From contig OZ024758.1 in assembly GCA_964016885.1 (NCBI GenBank), positions 28,582,001 through 28,646,000 on the forward strand: a stretch of 64,000 nt of DNA, written 5' to 3'. Positions 15,192 through 29,170 of this stretch are shown here, piece by piece. Each line of letters opens with the position of its first letter. Within the stretch, counting starts at the first letter, position 1. The notes under the pieces are model-generated. The model had not been told where the DNA came from, made no database searches, and saw only the letters and a program-made list of their open reading frames with translations. Source of the DNA: Eledone cirrhosa (taxonomy: Eukaryota). The position numbers and the translations under genes are program-made.

Positions 15192-15405
15192 TTAACCCTT
15201 TAACATTTACATTGCTCTATATTTACTATTGTATTTTCATAGTAAACACTGAACCTCATATAATTATCTCACATAATATCAAATCTACAAAATTTTGATA
15301 TTATTTATTTTGAGAACAATACCTTAACATCAGTATGAGCAGCCAGTTACAGTCAGTTTGAACAGAAAGAGGTGAGAGTATTCTGGCCAGATACGCCTAA
15401 ATGTG
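15192..15405. mobile_element. piggyBac-type MITE (TTAA-CCCTTTA terminus), right end decayed
   Basis: Same internal sequence as the copies at 42781, 43148 and 48057. Confidence 0.75.
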
Positions 15406-15873
15406 AAACCTATTTCTTAATCAGAGAATAACAAGTTTTAATCCTTGATCTATTATTTTCCATCTAGTATAATACTTTTATTACTAATGTTGCAGAAATC
15501 AAAGTCAATATCTTCAGATAGATATGTGACTTAATAGTTTTCATAATAGCTGTTCATATCTCCATATTGACAGAAGATAGTTGAGTCGATGACATATTGT
15601 ACTACTTACTCAAATATATCCACTTATAGTATTTTGTTGTTTTTGTTTAGCAAGCTGTTGTGAATAATACTTTCTTTTGCCAATATTCCAAACAGTGGAT
15701 TTCATTATGTACAACAATTATGTACAACAATTTCATTATGTACAACAATGTACAACAGCCTAGTATATACATTAAATATATTACCAAACACTGTCAATTT
15801 TTTTTTTTCTTTTTTTTTGTTAATTATATCAATTTAATTTACATATGTTTCATCATAATAGGACTCTTTCCAG

Positions 15874-15940
15874 TTTTTATATTTGAAAATGAATTTCTCT
15901 CTCTCTAGAGAGAGAGAGAAATTCATTTTCAAATATAAAA

Positions 15941-15941
<1 letters not shown>
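15874..15941. repeat. 68-bp near-perfect palindrome centred on (CT)n/(AG)n
   Basis: TTTTTATATTTGAAAATGAATTTCTCTCTCTCT, then AG, then its exact reverse complement. Confidence 0.9.
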
Positions 15942-15971
<30 letters not shown>

Positions 15972-16039
15972 TGTATATATATAAGCAAAGAATCACTGCT
16001 TTCACCCATATGTTGATTTAAAACTGCACTATTCACAAG

Positions 16040-18827
16040 TGTATTTTGTTAGAGATGCCTACTGGCTGTAGTAGGTTTTACTTTGTATTTAGGTAAGGCG
16101 GGTCTTCTCTATTACTGAGTACCGCCAAAGGTCTCAGTCCAGTGACATTGTCTTGGAGAGGTGTAAGTGTGTGAGATCAGAATTTATCAGCTCGTCCCAG
16201 GTTTTTCTGGGTCTGCCTACTCCGTAGCTACCGTCTATCTTTATTGCCCTGCACTTTGTTATACAGCTGTCGTCTTTCATGCGCATCACGTGACCATACC
16301 AACGTAGCCTTCTCTCGAGTAAACAACATCTGATCCCTCTTATTTCTAATTTTTTTCCTTAGTTCGCTTATGCTTTGCCGTTCACGTATGTTACTATTAC
16401 ACATCCAGCGGAGCATGCAAGCTTCGTTCCTCTCTAGTCTGCGTATATCCTCTGCACACAATGCCCAGGTCTCACTGCCATGCAACATTGCTGTTCGTAT
16501 GCAGGCATCATACAACCTGCCTTTCATTCTTAGGGAGAACCCTTTGGCGGCTAATAGTGGTATAAGCTCTCTGAACTTTTTCCAACCAGTTCTGACTCTA
16601 GCTACTGTACTTTCAGAGCACCCTCCTCCACTGCTGATTTTGTCGCCCAGGTAACGGAAGCTGTCCACTATTTCTATAGAACCCTCTGCGCAATTGAAAG
16701 AGCTAGTATTTTGTGGGCACTTGCTGCTACTTATTGCACCAGAGCACCGGCCACATGTAAAATCTATGTTCTTAGTTAGCTTACCTGTGATCCCACTACA
16801 TCTTTTATGCACCCATACTTTGCATTTGGGACATAAAATGGAGTTTCTACCTACGCCTTTCCTACACACTGAGCATGGCCATTTCCCGGAAGGGACCGGC
16901 ACCTTATTTTCTTTCCTACAAACTAGAACTTTAGTCTTAGCCAGGTTAATTTTAAGGCCTTTTGATTCTAGGCCATGCTTCCATGTTTGGAATTTCTTCT
17001 CTAGCTCGGCCATTGATTCAGCTATGAGCGTTAGATCATCTGCGTATAGGAGTTCCCATGGGCAGCCGGTCTTGAACTCCTCTGTTATAGCCTGAAGGGC
17101 AATAATAAATAGGAGGGGGCTAAGAACAGAGCCCTGATGGACACCAACTTTTACGCTAAACTCTTCACTATATTCGTTGTTAATTCTAACCTTGCTGACT
17201 GTTTCTTTATACATGGCTTGTATAGCTCTGACAAGCCATTCGTCAACACCTAGTTTTCTAAGAGCCCACCAGATAATGGAACGGGGGACTCTGTCGAAGG
17301 CTTTCTCCAAGTCAACAAAAGCTAAGTATAGGGGTTTACTTTTAGCTAGGTACTTCTCCTGTAGTTGTCGTACAATGAAAAGAGCGTCTGTGGCACTTTT
17401 GCCTGACACAAACCCGAACTGCATTTCATCTAGATCAATTCTCTCTCTGATTAGTTGCGCTATTACTTTTTCCGTGACCTTCATGACCTGGTCGATTAAT
17501 TTAATGCCTCTATAGTTACACCTATCTAGGGCATCTCCTTTACCCTTGTAACAGTTAATGATGATGCTGCTACGCCAGTCCTTCGGAACAACCCCATTCT
17601 GTATGACTTGGTTTACTATCCGGGAGACCATGGTGTGTCCCACCGTTCCAGAGGCTTTCAGCATCTCAGCAACTATTTCCGAAGGCACAGCCGCCTTACC
17701 CGCCTTCATATCTTTGATTGCCTTACTTATTGTACTACCTTCGACTAACCCTGCTGGTCCCTCTATTGGGTCAATGTAGGGGTGACTGTCTTTCTCCCAT
17801 TTATTCTCCTCATTTAGAAGCCTTTCGTAGTGACTCTTCCAAGCTACCTTATCGGCGTCAGTGATGGCAAGTATGCCTTCATCATTAAGTACACACTTCT
17901 CCCCGACAATATCACGGTTTTCCTTGACACATTGCCTAGCAATCCTGAACACCTCACGTTTTTGGTCTTCGCGTTGTAGAACATGCTTGAACTTTCTTTC
18001 CTCTGCTTCCCTTCTTGCGAAGTACACTTGTCTCCTAGCTTCCCTCCTGGCCACTTGATAGTCTTCTCTACTTCCCCCATCCCGCCATACTTTCCAAGCC
18101 TGCTTTTTGGCCTTAATTGACTCCTCCACCTTACTGTTCCACCACCATGTTACTCTCCTCCTACATACAGGCCTGCTCCAGCCACAGACTTCGTCTGCCG
18201 CCGTCAGCAGGTTTGCTTTCAGGAATTCCCACTGTTCCTCTATATTATACGACTCTAATTGCTCTTCCTTACTGTCGAAAGCATCAAGTAATATGCTTTG
18301 AAATTTATTTCTGGCTGTGGGGTCCTTTAGCTTCCATATTTTTCTCCTGAGGATAGTCCTCTTCTGCTGTCTAGTATGTCTCGTCCTGACTATGAGGTCG
18401 CTAATTATCAGTCTATGTTGGGAGGTGCATTCTTCATGGGGGAGGGATTTAGTGTTAACAACAGACACTCTGTCACGTCTTCTGGTAAGGATATAATCTA
18501 CCTGGCTTGTGTGTTCCCCCGATCTATAGGTGATCAAGTGATTGTCTCGTTTTTTGAAGTTAGTGTTACAGATAGTTAGGTTATTTGCATCACAGAATTC
18601 CAGGATTCTGGAGCCTTCCTCATTTCTAGTACCGAACCCATAGCCTCCATGGATTCTGTCATAGCCGTCACAATGTTGTCCAACGTGACCGTTTAGGTCG
18701 CCTGCAATAATTATATAGTCACTGTCGGCTATTTGGGAGGTAGTGAGCATCAGTGTCTCATAGAATCTGTCTTTTATAGCGCCAGGCAGTCCGGATTGGG
18801 GTGCGTACGCAGATATTACTGTCCTAT
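16040..18827 (-). mobile_element. RTE-clade LINE, truncated at both ends; ORF ~16228-18825 encodes the C-terminal part of the AP endonuclease, RT and a PHD-like finger
   Basis: EN motifs [20 protein letters not shown] and SQHR; RT motifs [38 protein letters not shown] and FRYLG. A frameshift at the T7 run near 16350 hides RLRWYGHV..GRPRKTW. The ORF-track start MHTHTD comes from the flanking (TG)n. Confidence 0.97.
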
Positions 18828-19042
18828 CTGTGTGTGTGTGCATGTCTATCTGTGTGTGGGTGCATCTGTGTGTGTGTGTCTATCTGTGTGTGTGTATAAA
18901 TATACATATGTACATATATATATATACATATACATATGTACATATATAATATATACATATATATATATATACATATATATATACACATATATATATATAT
19001 ACATATATATATACACATATATATATATATACATATATATAC

Positions 19043-19219
<177 letters not shown>

Positions 19220-19372
19220 CACATATATATATATATATACATATATATACATATATATACATATATATACATACATATATATATATATACATATATATAC
19301 ATATATATATATACATATATATATATATACATATACATATATATATACATATATATATATATATACATATAT

Positions 19373-19935
19373 ATGTGTTGGTATCTGTGTTTCATCACAT
19401 ACATATTAATTTATACACTGCTCAGGGGATATTTTTCCTCATTCGAGCTGATTCCATTGTAAAAGAATTCATTACCTTATTAATTTTAACTGCTCCTAGT
19501 TTGAGCTGCAAGCCGCCTCATATATACGACTGTTATTTCTAGCAGTACGGTTATGAGACTAGTTAGATACTGTAAAGCCATGTGCGTCACGCAGTCTTTT
19601 AAATTATTTAGAAGTGAAGCATATCAATTTGTCTCTGGATGTTTACTGAGGAGCGCGGGACATGATATTCCTACACTTTTTTAACTCGAAACATATTTGG
19701 ATCTTAAAGTCTAAACTTATCTACGGAACAGGTTTGATTTTGAAATTTAAATGTGTCTAAACATCACGGCCTTTTGGCAATACAGTTCGTCTCCGTTGAT
19801 TTATTATTTTAAATCGATATGGACAAACTGTAGTATAATAATTAGTATACTTCAATCTGGCTAAATTTTTCTTTTGCAATATATATACAGATGTGTTGGT
19901 ATCTGTGTTTCATCACATACATATTAATTTATACA
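19373..19935. repeat. Island with a 45-bp terminal direct repeat (period 518)
   Basis: 19373-19417 equals 19891-19935; (TA)n on both flanks. Confidence 0.85.
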
Positions 19936-19984
19936 TATATATATATACATATACATATATATATACATATACATATATATATAC

Positions 19985-20025
<41 letters not shown>

Positions 20026-20082
20026 CAAATATATACATATACATATATATACATATATATATATACATATATATATATATAC

Positions 20083-20728
20083 ATTAAGATTTTTCACTCT
20101 AGCGATCTTATTAGTCAATTGCAACTATAACATGTAAATGTTCATCAAATATTAATTTATACTGCTCAGAAGCGATTCCTAGAGCTGAAATGATTGTAAA
20201 TGACCTCTCTGAGTCTAAACTCTAAGCTATTTATCACTGCTCCCCAAGGTGAGCTGAATTTTGTAATCCCATACAAACGGCTGTTATTTCTAGCACTATG
20301 TGTGGGACGTTAGAGGACTGGAATAAGCCGTGTGCAAAACCTCGTGTATTTTCGCTACGCTAACCAGACCTTAGATATTTTTCTAAGGTTGAGTTATTTT
20401 ATTTTTATCTGGGTACCTATTGATAAACACAGAAAAAGTTGATTAACTCACTGCTAATTAGTTAATTATTTTACTATTATACCATCCTTTGTGAAACATG
20501 TTTGAAGTTTGAAGTTCTGACCGATCTGCGGAAAAAGTTTGTATTTTGAATTTTAAACGTGTCTAGGTACCAAGGCTTTTTGCCCATATGAGTCTGTGAG
20601 TATTGATTTATTATTTTCTAGATTGTACAGGCAGACCTTATGTTGTTGAATTAAGATTTTTCACTCTAGCGATCTTATTAGTCAATTGCAACTATAACAT
20701 GTAAATGTTCATCAAATATTAATTTATA
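20083..20728. repeat. Island with a 79-bp terminal direct repeat (period 567), diverged relative of 19373-19935
   Basis: 20083-20161 equals 20650-20728. Collinear motifs shared with the previous island: ATTAATTTATA..CTGCTCAG, CTGTTATTT(T)CTAGCA, GAAACAT, TTGATTTATTATTTT. Confidence 0.85.
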
Positions 20729-20744
20729 TATATACATATATATT

Positions 20745-20778
<34 letters not shown>

Positions 20779-20788
20779 TATACATATG

Positions 20789-20829
<41 letters not shown>

Positions 20830-20856
20830 ATATATATATATGTATATATATATATG

Positions 20857-21041
<185 letters not shown>

Positions 21042-21070
21042 GTATATATATATATGTATATATATATATG

Positions 21071-21837
<767 letters not shown>

Positions 21838-21991
21838 ATATATACATATACATATATATATATATATGTATACATATATATATATATATATGTATACATA
21901 TATATATATATATATGTATACATATAATATATATATATATGTATACATATATATATATATATATGTATACATATATATATATATGTATACA

Positions 21992-22024
<33 letters not shown>

Positions 22025-22307
22025 GTATACATATATATATATGTATACATATATATATATATATGTATACATATATATATATAATGTATACATATATATA
22101 TATATATATGTATACATATATATATATATATATGTATACATATATATATATATATATGTATACATATATATATATATATATGTACACATATATATATATA
22201 TATATGTACACATATATATATATATATATGTATACATATATATATATATATATGTATACATATATATATATATATATGTATACATATATATATATATATA
22301 TGTATAC

Positions 22308-22355
<48 letters not shown>

Positions 22356-22407
22356 GTATACATATATATATATATATGTATACATATATATATATATATA
22401 TATATGT

Positions 22408-22445
<38 letters not shown>

Positions 22446-22756
22446 ACATATATATATATATATGTATACATATATATATATGTATACATATATTATATAT
22501 ATATGTATACATATATATATATGTATACATATATATATATATATATATGTATACATATATATATATGTATACATATATATATATATATATATGTATACAT
22601 ATATTATATATATATGTATACATATATATATATATATGTATACATATATATATATAATGTATACATATATATATATATATATGTATACATATATATATAT
22701 ATATATGTATACATATATATATGTATATGTATACATATATATATATATATGTATAC

Positions 22757-22808
<52 letters not shown>

Positions 22809-22819
22809 CATCATGATGA

Positions 22820-22867
<48 letters not shown>

Positions 22868-22868
22868 G

Positions 22869-23069
<201 letters not shown>

Positions 23070-23078
23070 GTATATATG

Positions 23079-23109
<31 letters not shown>

Positions 23110-23220
23110 GTATTTCTTTCTCTCTGTATAAAATTTTTCACTGCCAGCGTAAACTCTTCAAATGAAGTCGGTGTTATTACGGTATGTCGAATCTATTTAT
23201 CTATAAAACTGTTTATATTG

Positions 23221-23286
23221 TATTTTGTCTGATGAAGGCATAGCATATTGTTAATATGATATCCCCGAAATATATATAATGAAATA
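23221..23286 (+). ncRNA. Degenerate type I hammerhead ribozyme motif in a Penelope-like/retrozyme-like island (23110-23415)
   Basis: CTGATGA (23229), long stem II (GG..CATATT/AATATG..CC), GAAA (23267), palindromic TATATA, then TA; stem I TATTTTGT/ATGAAATA has two G-U pairs. Confidence 0.5.
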
Positions 23287-23413
23287 ATATGGTTTTATAA
23301 ATATAGTTTTCCATTTATTTAATAGTGTAAATATACTCCAAATATTTGTCGAGTGCTTTTATATCAGTTATAAATATTTACTAGTTGTAACCCAACAATT
23401 TTAAATATAACTT

Positions 23414-23554
<141 letters not shown>

Positions 23555-23555
23555 G

Positions 23556-23586
<31 letters not shown>

Positions 23587-23603
23587 TTATATATATATAT
23601 GTG

Positions 23604-23673
<70 letters not shown>

Positions 23674-23684
23674 TTTTATATATA

Positions 23685-23727
<43 letters not shown>

Positions 23728-23963
23728 GTATATGTAGGTATATGTATGTATGTGTTTGTGTATATGTATGTATGTGTGTATATATATATGTATATGTATG
23801 TATATATATATATATATGTATATATATGTATGTGTGTATGTATGTGTAAGTATGTATGTATGTATGTATACGTGTGTATGTGTGTGTGTATGTTTATGTA
23901 TATGTATGTGTATGTTTGTATGTATGTATGTGTGTGTATATGTGTGTATATATATGTGTATAT

Positions 23964-24017
<54 letters not shown>

Positions 24018-24091
24018 TTATATATATGTGTGTATATGTATATATATATATATATATGTATGCATGTATGTGTATGTATGTGTGTATGTAT

Positions 24092-24123
<32 letters not shown>

Positions 24124-24204
24124 GTGTATATATATGTGTATATATATATGTATATATATATGTATATATATGTGTATGTGTGTATATGTATATATGTATA
24201 TGTA

Positions 24205-24235
<31 letters not shown>

Positions 24236-24292
24236 GTGCGCGTGTGTGTGTGTATATATATATATATATGTATGTATATGTATGTGTATATA

Positions 24293-24326
<34 letters not shown>

Positions 24327-24408
24327 TATATGTATATGTGTATACATGTATATTTATATATGTATATGATAGTGTGGGCAGGTGTGTGTATATATATATA
24401 TATGTGTA

Positions 24409-24460
<52 letters not shown>

Positions 24461-24625
24461 GTGTATATATATATATATATACATATGTGTATATATATGT
24501 GTATATATATGTGTATGTGTGTGTATTTGTATGTATATAAGTATATGCGTGTATGTGTGTGTGTGTATATGTATGTATATGAACGTGAGTATATATATAT
24601 ATATATATATATGTATATGTATGTG

Positions 24626-24659
<34 letters not shown>

Positions 24660-24661
24660 TA

Positions 24662-24695
<34 letters not shown>

Positions 24696-24715
24696 TATAT
24701 GTATGTGTATGTGTA

Positions 24716-24750
<35 letters not shown>

Positions 24751-24770
24751 GTATGTATATATGTATACAC

Positions 24771-24808
<38 letters not shown>

Positions 24809-24821
24809 ATGTATGTGTATA

Positions 24822-24887
<66 letters not shown>

Positions 24888-25077
24888 CGTATGTGTGTAT
24901 ATGGGTGTGTGTGTATATATATGTGTATATGTATGTGTTTGTGTGTATGTATATGTATATATATATATATGTGTGTATGTGTGTGTATTTGTGAGTGTAT
25001 ATGTACATATATATGTGTGTATGTGTATGTATGTATGTATATGTATGTATATGTATATGTATGTGCATATGTATATA

Positions 25078-25116
<39 letters not shown>

Positions 25117-25245
25117 ATGTGTATGTATGTATGTATATGTATGTGTGTGTGTATATATATATATATATTTATATATGTGTGCATGAGAGAGAGAGTGTGT
25201 GTGTATATATATTTTGTGTGTGGGCGTGTGTATGTGTGTATGCGC

Positions 25246-25279
<34 letters not shown>

Positions 25280-25300
25280 GTGTATGTGTGTATGTATGTA

Positions 25301-25369
<69 letters not shown>

Positions 25370-25467
25370 ATGTATATATGTGTGTGTATATGTGCGTTAT
25401 ATGTCTGTATATATATGTGTATATTTATGTATAGGTCTGTGTATGTATGTGTATGTTTGTGTATGTA

Positions 25468-25534
<67 letters not shown>

Positions 25535-25564
25535 TTGTATGTGTGTGTATAGATATATATATAT

Positions 25565-25652
<88 letters not shown>

Positions 25653-25659
25653 ATATATA

Positions 25660-25720
<61 letters not shown>

Positions 25721-25851
25721 ATGTGTGTGTGTATAGATATTTATACATATGTATACTCGTGTTTGTATGTATGCGTGTGAGTGTATTTATTTGTGTATAT
25801 ATGTGTGTGTGTGTGTATGTATGTGTATGTGTGTGTGTATCTGTGTGTGTG

Positions 25852-25882
<31 letters not shown>

Positions 25883-25884
25883 TT

Positions 25885-25935
<51 letters not shown>

Positions 25936-26040
25936 GTGTGTGTGTGTGTATGTGTGTGTATATATATATATATATGTATGTATATATATATGTATATATG
26001 TTTGTATATATATATATATGTATATATATGTATATATATG

Positions 26041-26080
<40 letters not shown>

Positions 26081-26794
26081 CGTATGTATATGTGTATATG
26101 TATATTATATATGTATGTATGTATGTATGTATGTGTGTATGTATGTGTGTGTACATGAATGTATATTTATATATATTTATATATTCTTTATATATGTGTG
26201 TGTGTTTTTATGTGTGTATATGTGTTTGTGTGTGTGTTTATGGTTGCGCGTAAGTGTGTGAGTGAGTATGTGTGTTTTTTGTTTTTTATGTGTGTTTTTT
26301 TGTTTGTCTGTTTTTTTGTTTTTTTGTTTTTTTGTTTTTTTGTGAATGTGTCTGTTGATTTTGGCATATTGTTGATTAGTTTAAGAGAAGTTCGAAGATA
26401 ATAGTAAGATATGCACTCAGTATTTTGAATCTGTCTGCAGAATTCCCTAGACCTTTGTCACTTAGTAGAACCTTAATGACTTTAGCTTTTAAAGAATCTC
26501 CCTTTTCTTTAATTCTATGGAGCATGACTGACCCCCCACTGATTTTATAGACATCTGTTAGCTTAAGAGAAACTTATTGACAAGGAATGGTATGCCATCC
26601 GGAACCTGTTTATAGAATTCTGTCTGCCTTTGTTACTCTAAAAACATAAATAAATATAATTAACTTTAGCTTTGTAGAATTAGCTTTTAATGAATTCCCT
26701 TTTCTATCAACCAATGACCTGCACCCATCCCACTCCCCACCCTCTCCTACCACTTGTAGAGACCTATAAATACCATATTTATTTTTTGATACCC

Positions 26795-26845
26795 AGATTC
26801 CTGATGATTTCTAATGAATGAAACAGTTCTAGTCCTGTAGAATCT
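26795..26845 (+). ncRNA. Type I hammerhead ribozyme motif
   Basis: AGATTC-CTGATGA-T-TTC-TAAT-GAA-T-GAA-ACAG-TTCTAGTC-CTGT-A^GAATCT: 6-bp stem I, 3-bp stem II (U.U at 10.1-11.1), 4-bp stem III, GUA cleavage triplet. Confidence 0.65.
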
Positions 26846-26867
26846 CATCTATATTAAAACTATATAC

Positions 26868-26934
<67 letters not shown>

Positions 26935-26959
26935 CATATATATATATACATATATATAC

Positions 26960-27032
<73 letters not shown>

Positions 27033-27044
27033 CATATATATACA

Positions 27045-27102
<58 letters not shown>

Positions 27103-27113
27103 CATATATATAC

Positions 27114-27170
<57 letters not shown>

Positions 27171-27203
27171 CATATATATATAAATATATATATATATATA
27201 CAC

Positions 27204-27302
<99 letters not shown>

Positions 27303-27305
27303 CAC

Positions 27306-27364
<59 letters not shown>

Positions 27365-27411
27365 CACATATATATATATAAATATATATATATACATATA
27401 TATATATATAA

Positions 27412-27575
<164 letters not shown>

Positions 27576-27588
27576 GTATATATATATG

Positions 27589-27619
<31 letters not shown>

Positions 27620-27650
27620 GTATATATATATATATATATATCTATATATA

Positions 27651-27739
<89 letters not shown>

Positions 27740-27742
27740 CAT

Positions 27743-27774
27743 CTGATGATAGCTAACAAGCTTGAAACTAGTAC
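27743..27774 (+). ncRNA. Partial minimal hammerhead motif lacking stem I (island 27740-27905)
   Basis: CTGATGA-T-AGC-TAACAA-GCT-T-GAA-ACTAGT-A with palindromic stem III; the 5' side abuts (TA)n. Confidence 0.4.
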
Positions 27775-27930
27775 ATCGTTCCTGTCTCAGTGTTGAACAA
27801 AAAGGTGACGTGGTTGCCTTAACACCGTGCGGCATAAATTCAGGCTGTTCAGTTTGTTTACAAACGAACAAAGCGGGCGCTATAATAAGCGTCCGCTAAA
27901 CTGATATGTACATATATGTATGTGTACCTG

Positions 27931-28048
<118 letters not shown>

Positions 28049-28129
28049 TGCTACTGTAGGTCTGTATACATATGTATGTACGTATACATACATACTTACA
28101 TATACATATATATATATACATATATATAT

Positions 28130-28463
28130 GGAGGCACATGGCTTAGTGGTTAGAGCATTGGCCTTGCAATCGAAAGGTTGTGAGTTCAATTCTCAGACCG
28201 GGTGATGTGTTGTTTCCTTGAGCAAGACACTTTATTTCACATTGCTCCAGTTTACTCAGCTGTAGAAATGAGATGATAGGGACTGGGGTCCATATCATTC
28301 CACTGCAAAGTGGTCGTGGAGGTGCCACGGCAAAAAAGCACCCAGCACTCACTGTAAATGAGGTTGGTGTTAGGAAGGGCATCCAGCTGTAGAAACCAAG
28401 CCAGAATCAGTTCCCGTCCCACCCTTGCAAGCAGGGAAAAGCGGACGTAAAATGAAATGATGA
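28130..28463 (+). mobile_element. tRNA-derived CORE-type SINE with RTE-like 3' tail (family A)
   Basis: A box TGGCTTAGTGG, B box GAGTTCAATTC, CORE-like CCTTGAGCAAGACACTT..CAGTTTACTCAGCTGTAGAAATG, and tail GGACGTAAAATGAAATGATGA. Confidence 0.9.
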
Positions 28464-28483
28464 TATATATATACATATATATA

Positions 28484-28932
28484 ATGTCACTAGACCTTTG
28501 GCGGTACTCAGTAACAGAGAAGACCCGCCTTACCTAAATATATAGTAAAACCTACTCCAGCCAGTAGGCATCTCTAACAAAATACACCCCGTCCCACCAC
28601 CACCACCCCCACCCCATCCACACCACCCCGTTCTATGTAAAGTTATGTTGGTGCCGCGCCATCGAGGCCGAAACAAATGAGATCGTGTAGGTGTCACAAC
28701 AAAAAAACACACAGTCCACGCTGTAATGTGGCCGTGTAGGCAACACGGTAAAAACCTCCCAGACCCACACTGTAAATGTGGTTGGTGTTAGGAAGGGCAT
28801 CCAACTGTAGAAAACCTGCCAGACAGTCCTATGCGAGCAAGACAATCACTCTTGCCTCAAGTGGGACTACCCCCGTCCAAACCCATGCAAGCATGGAACA
28901 CGGACGTTAAACGTTGATGATGATGATGATGA
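28484..28932 (+). mobile_element. 5'-truncated RTE LINE 3' end with (GAT)n tail
   Basis: Its 5' part matches the reverse complement of 16040-16150; it ends GGACGTTAAACGTTGATGATGATG. Confidence 0.88.
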
Positions 28933-28939
28933 TATATAT

Positions 28940-28974
<35 letters not shown>

Positions 28975-29170
28975 CATATATATACATATATACATATACA
29001 TATATATAGTATTAAGGATACTATTTATGGTTATGTATGTAATAAAACCTTTTATGGTTATATATTTTTTATACAAACCCTAAATAGTGAAAGATAGTCA
29101 TTAGTTACTATCTTATTACCAGTAAGATAAATAGCTCAATGTAATAACATCGGTTGTTTTAAAGAGCAGT

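Noticed and set aside
28130-28200. tRNA genes at SINE heads
   Set aside because: A and B boxes are present, but I see no complete cloverleaf, and the sequence continues into multicopy SINE bodies.
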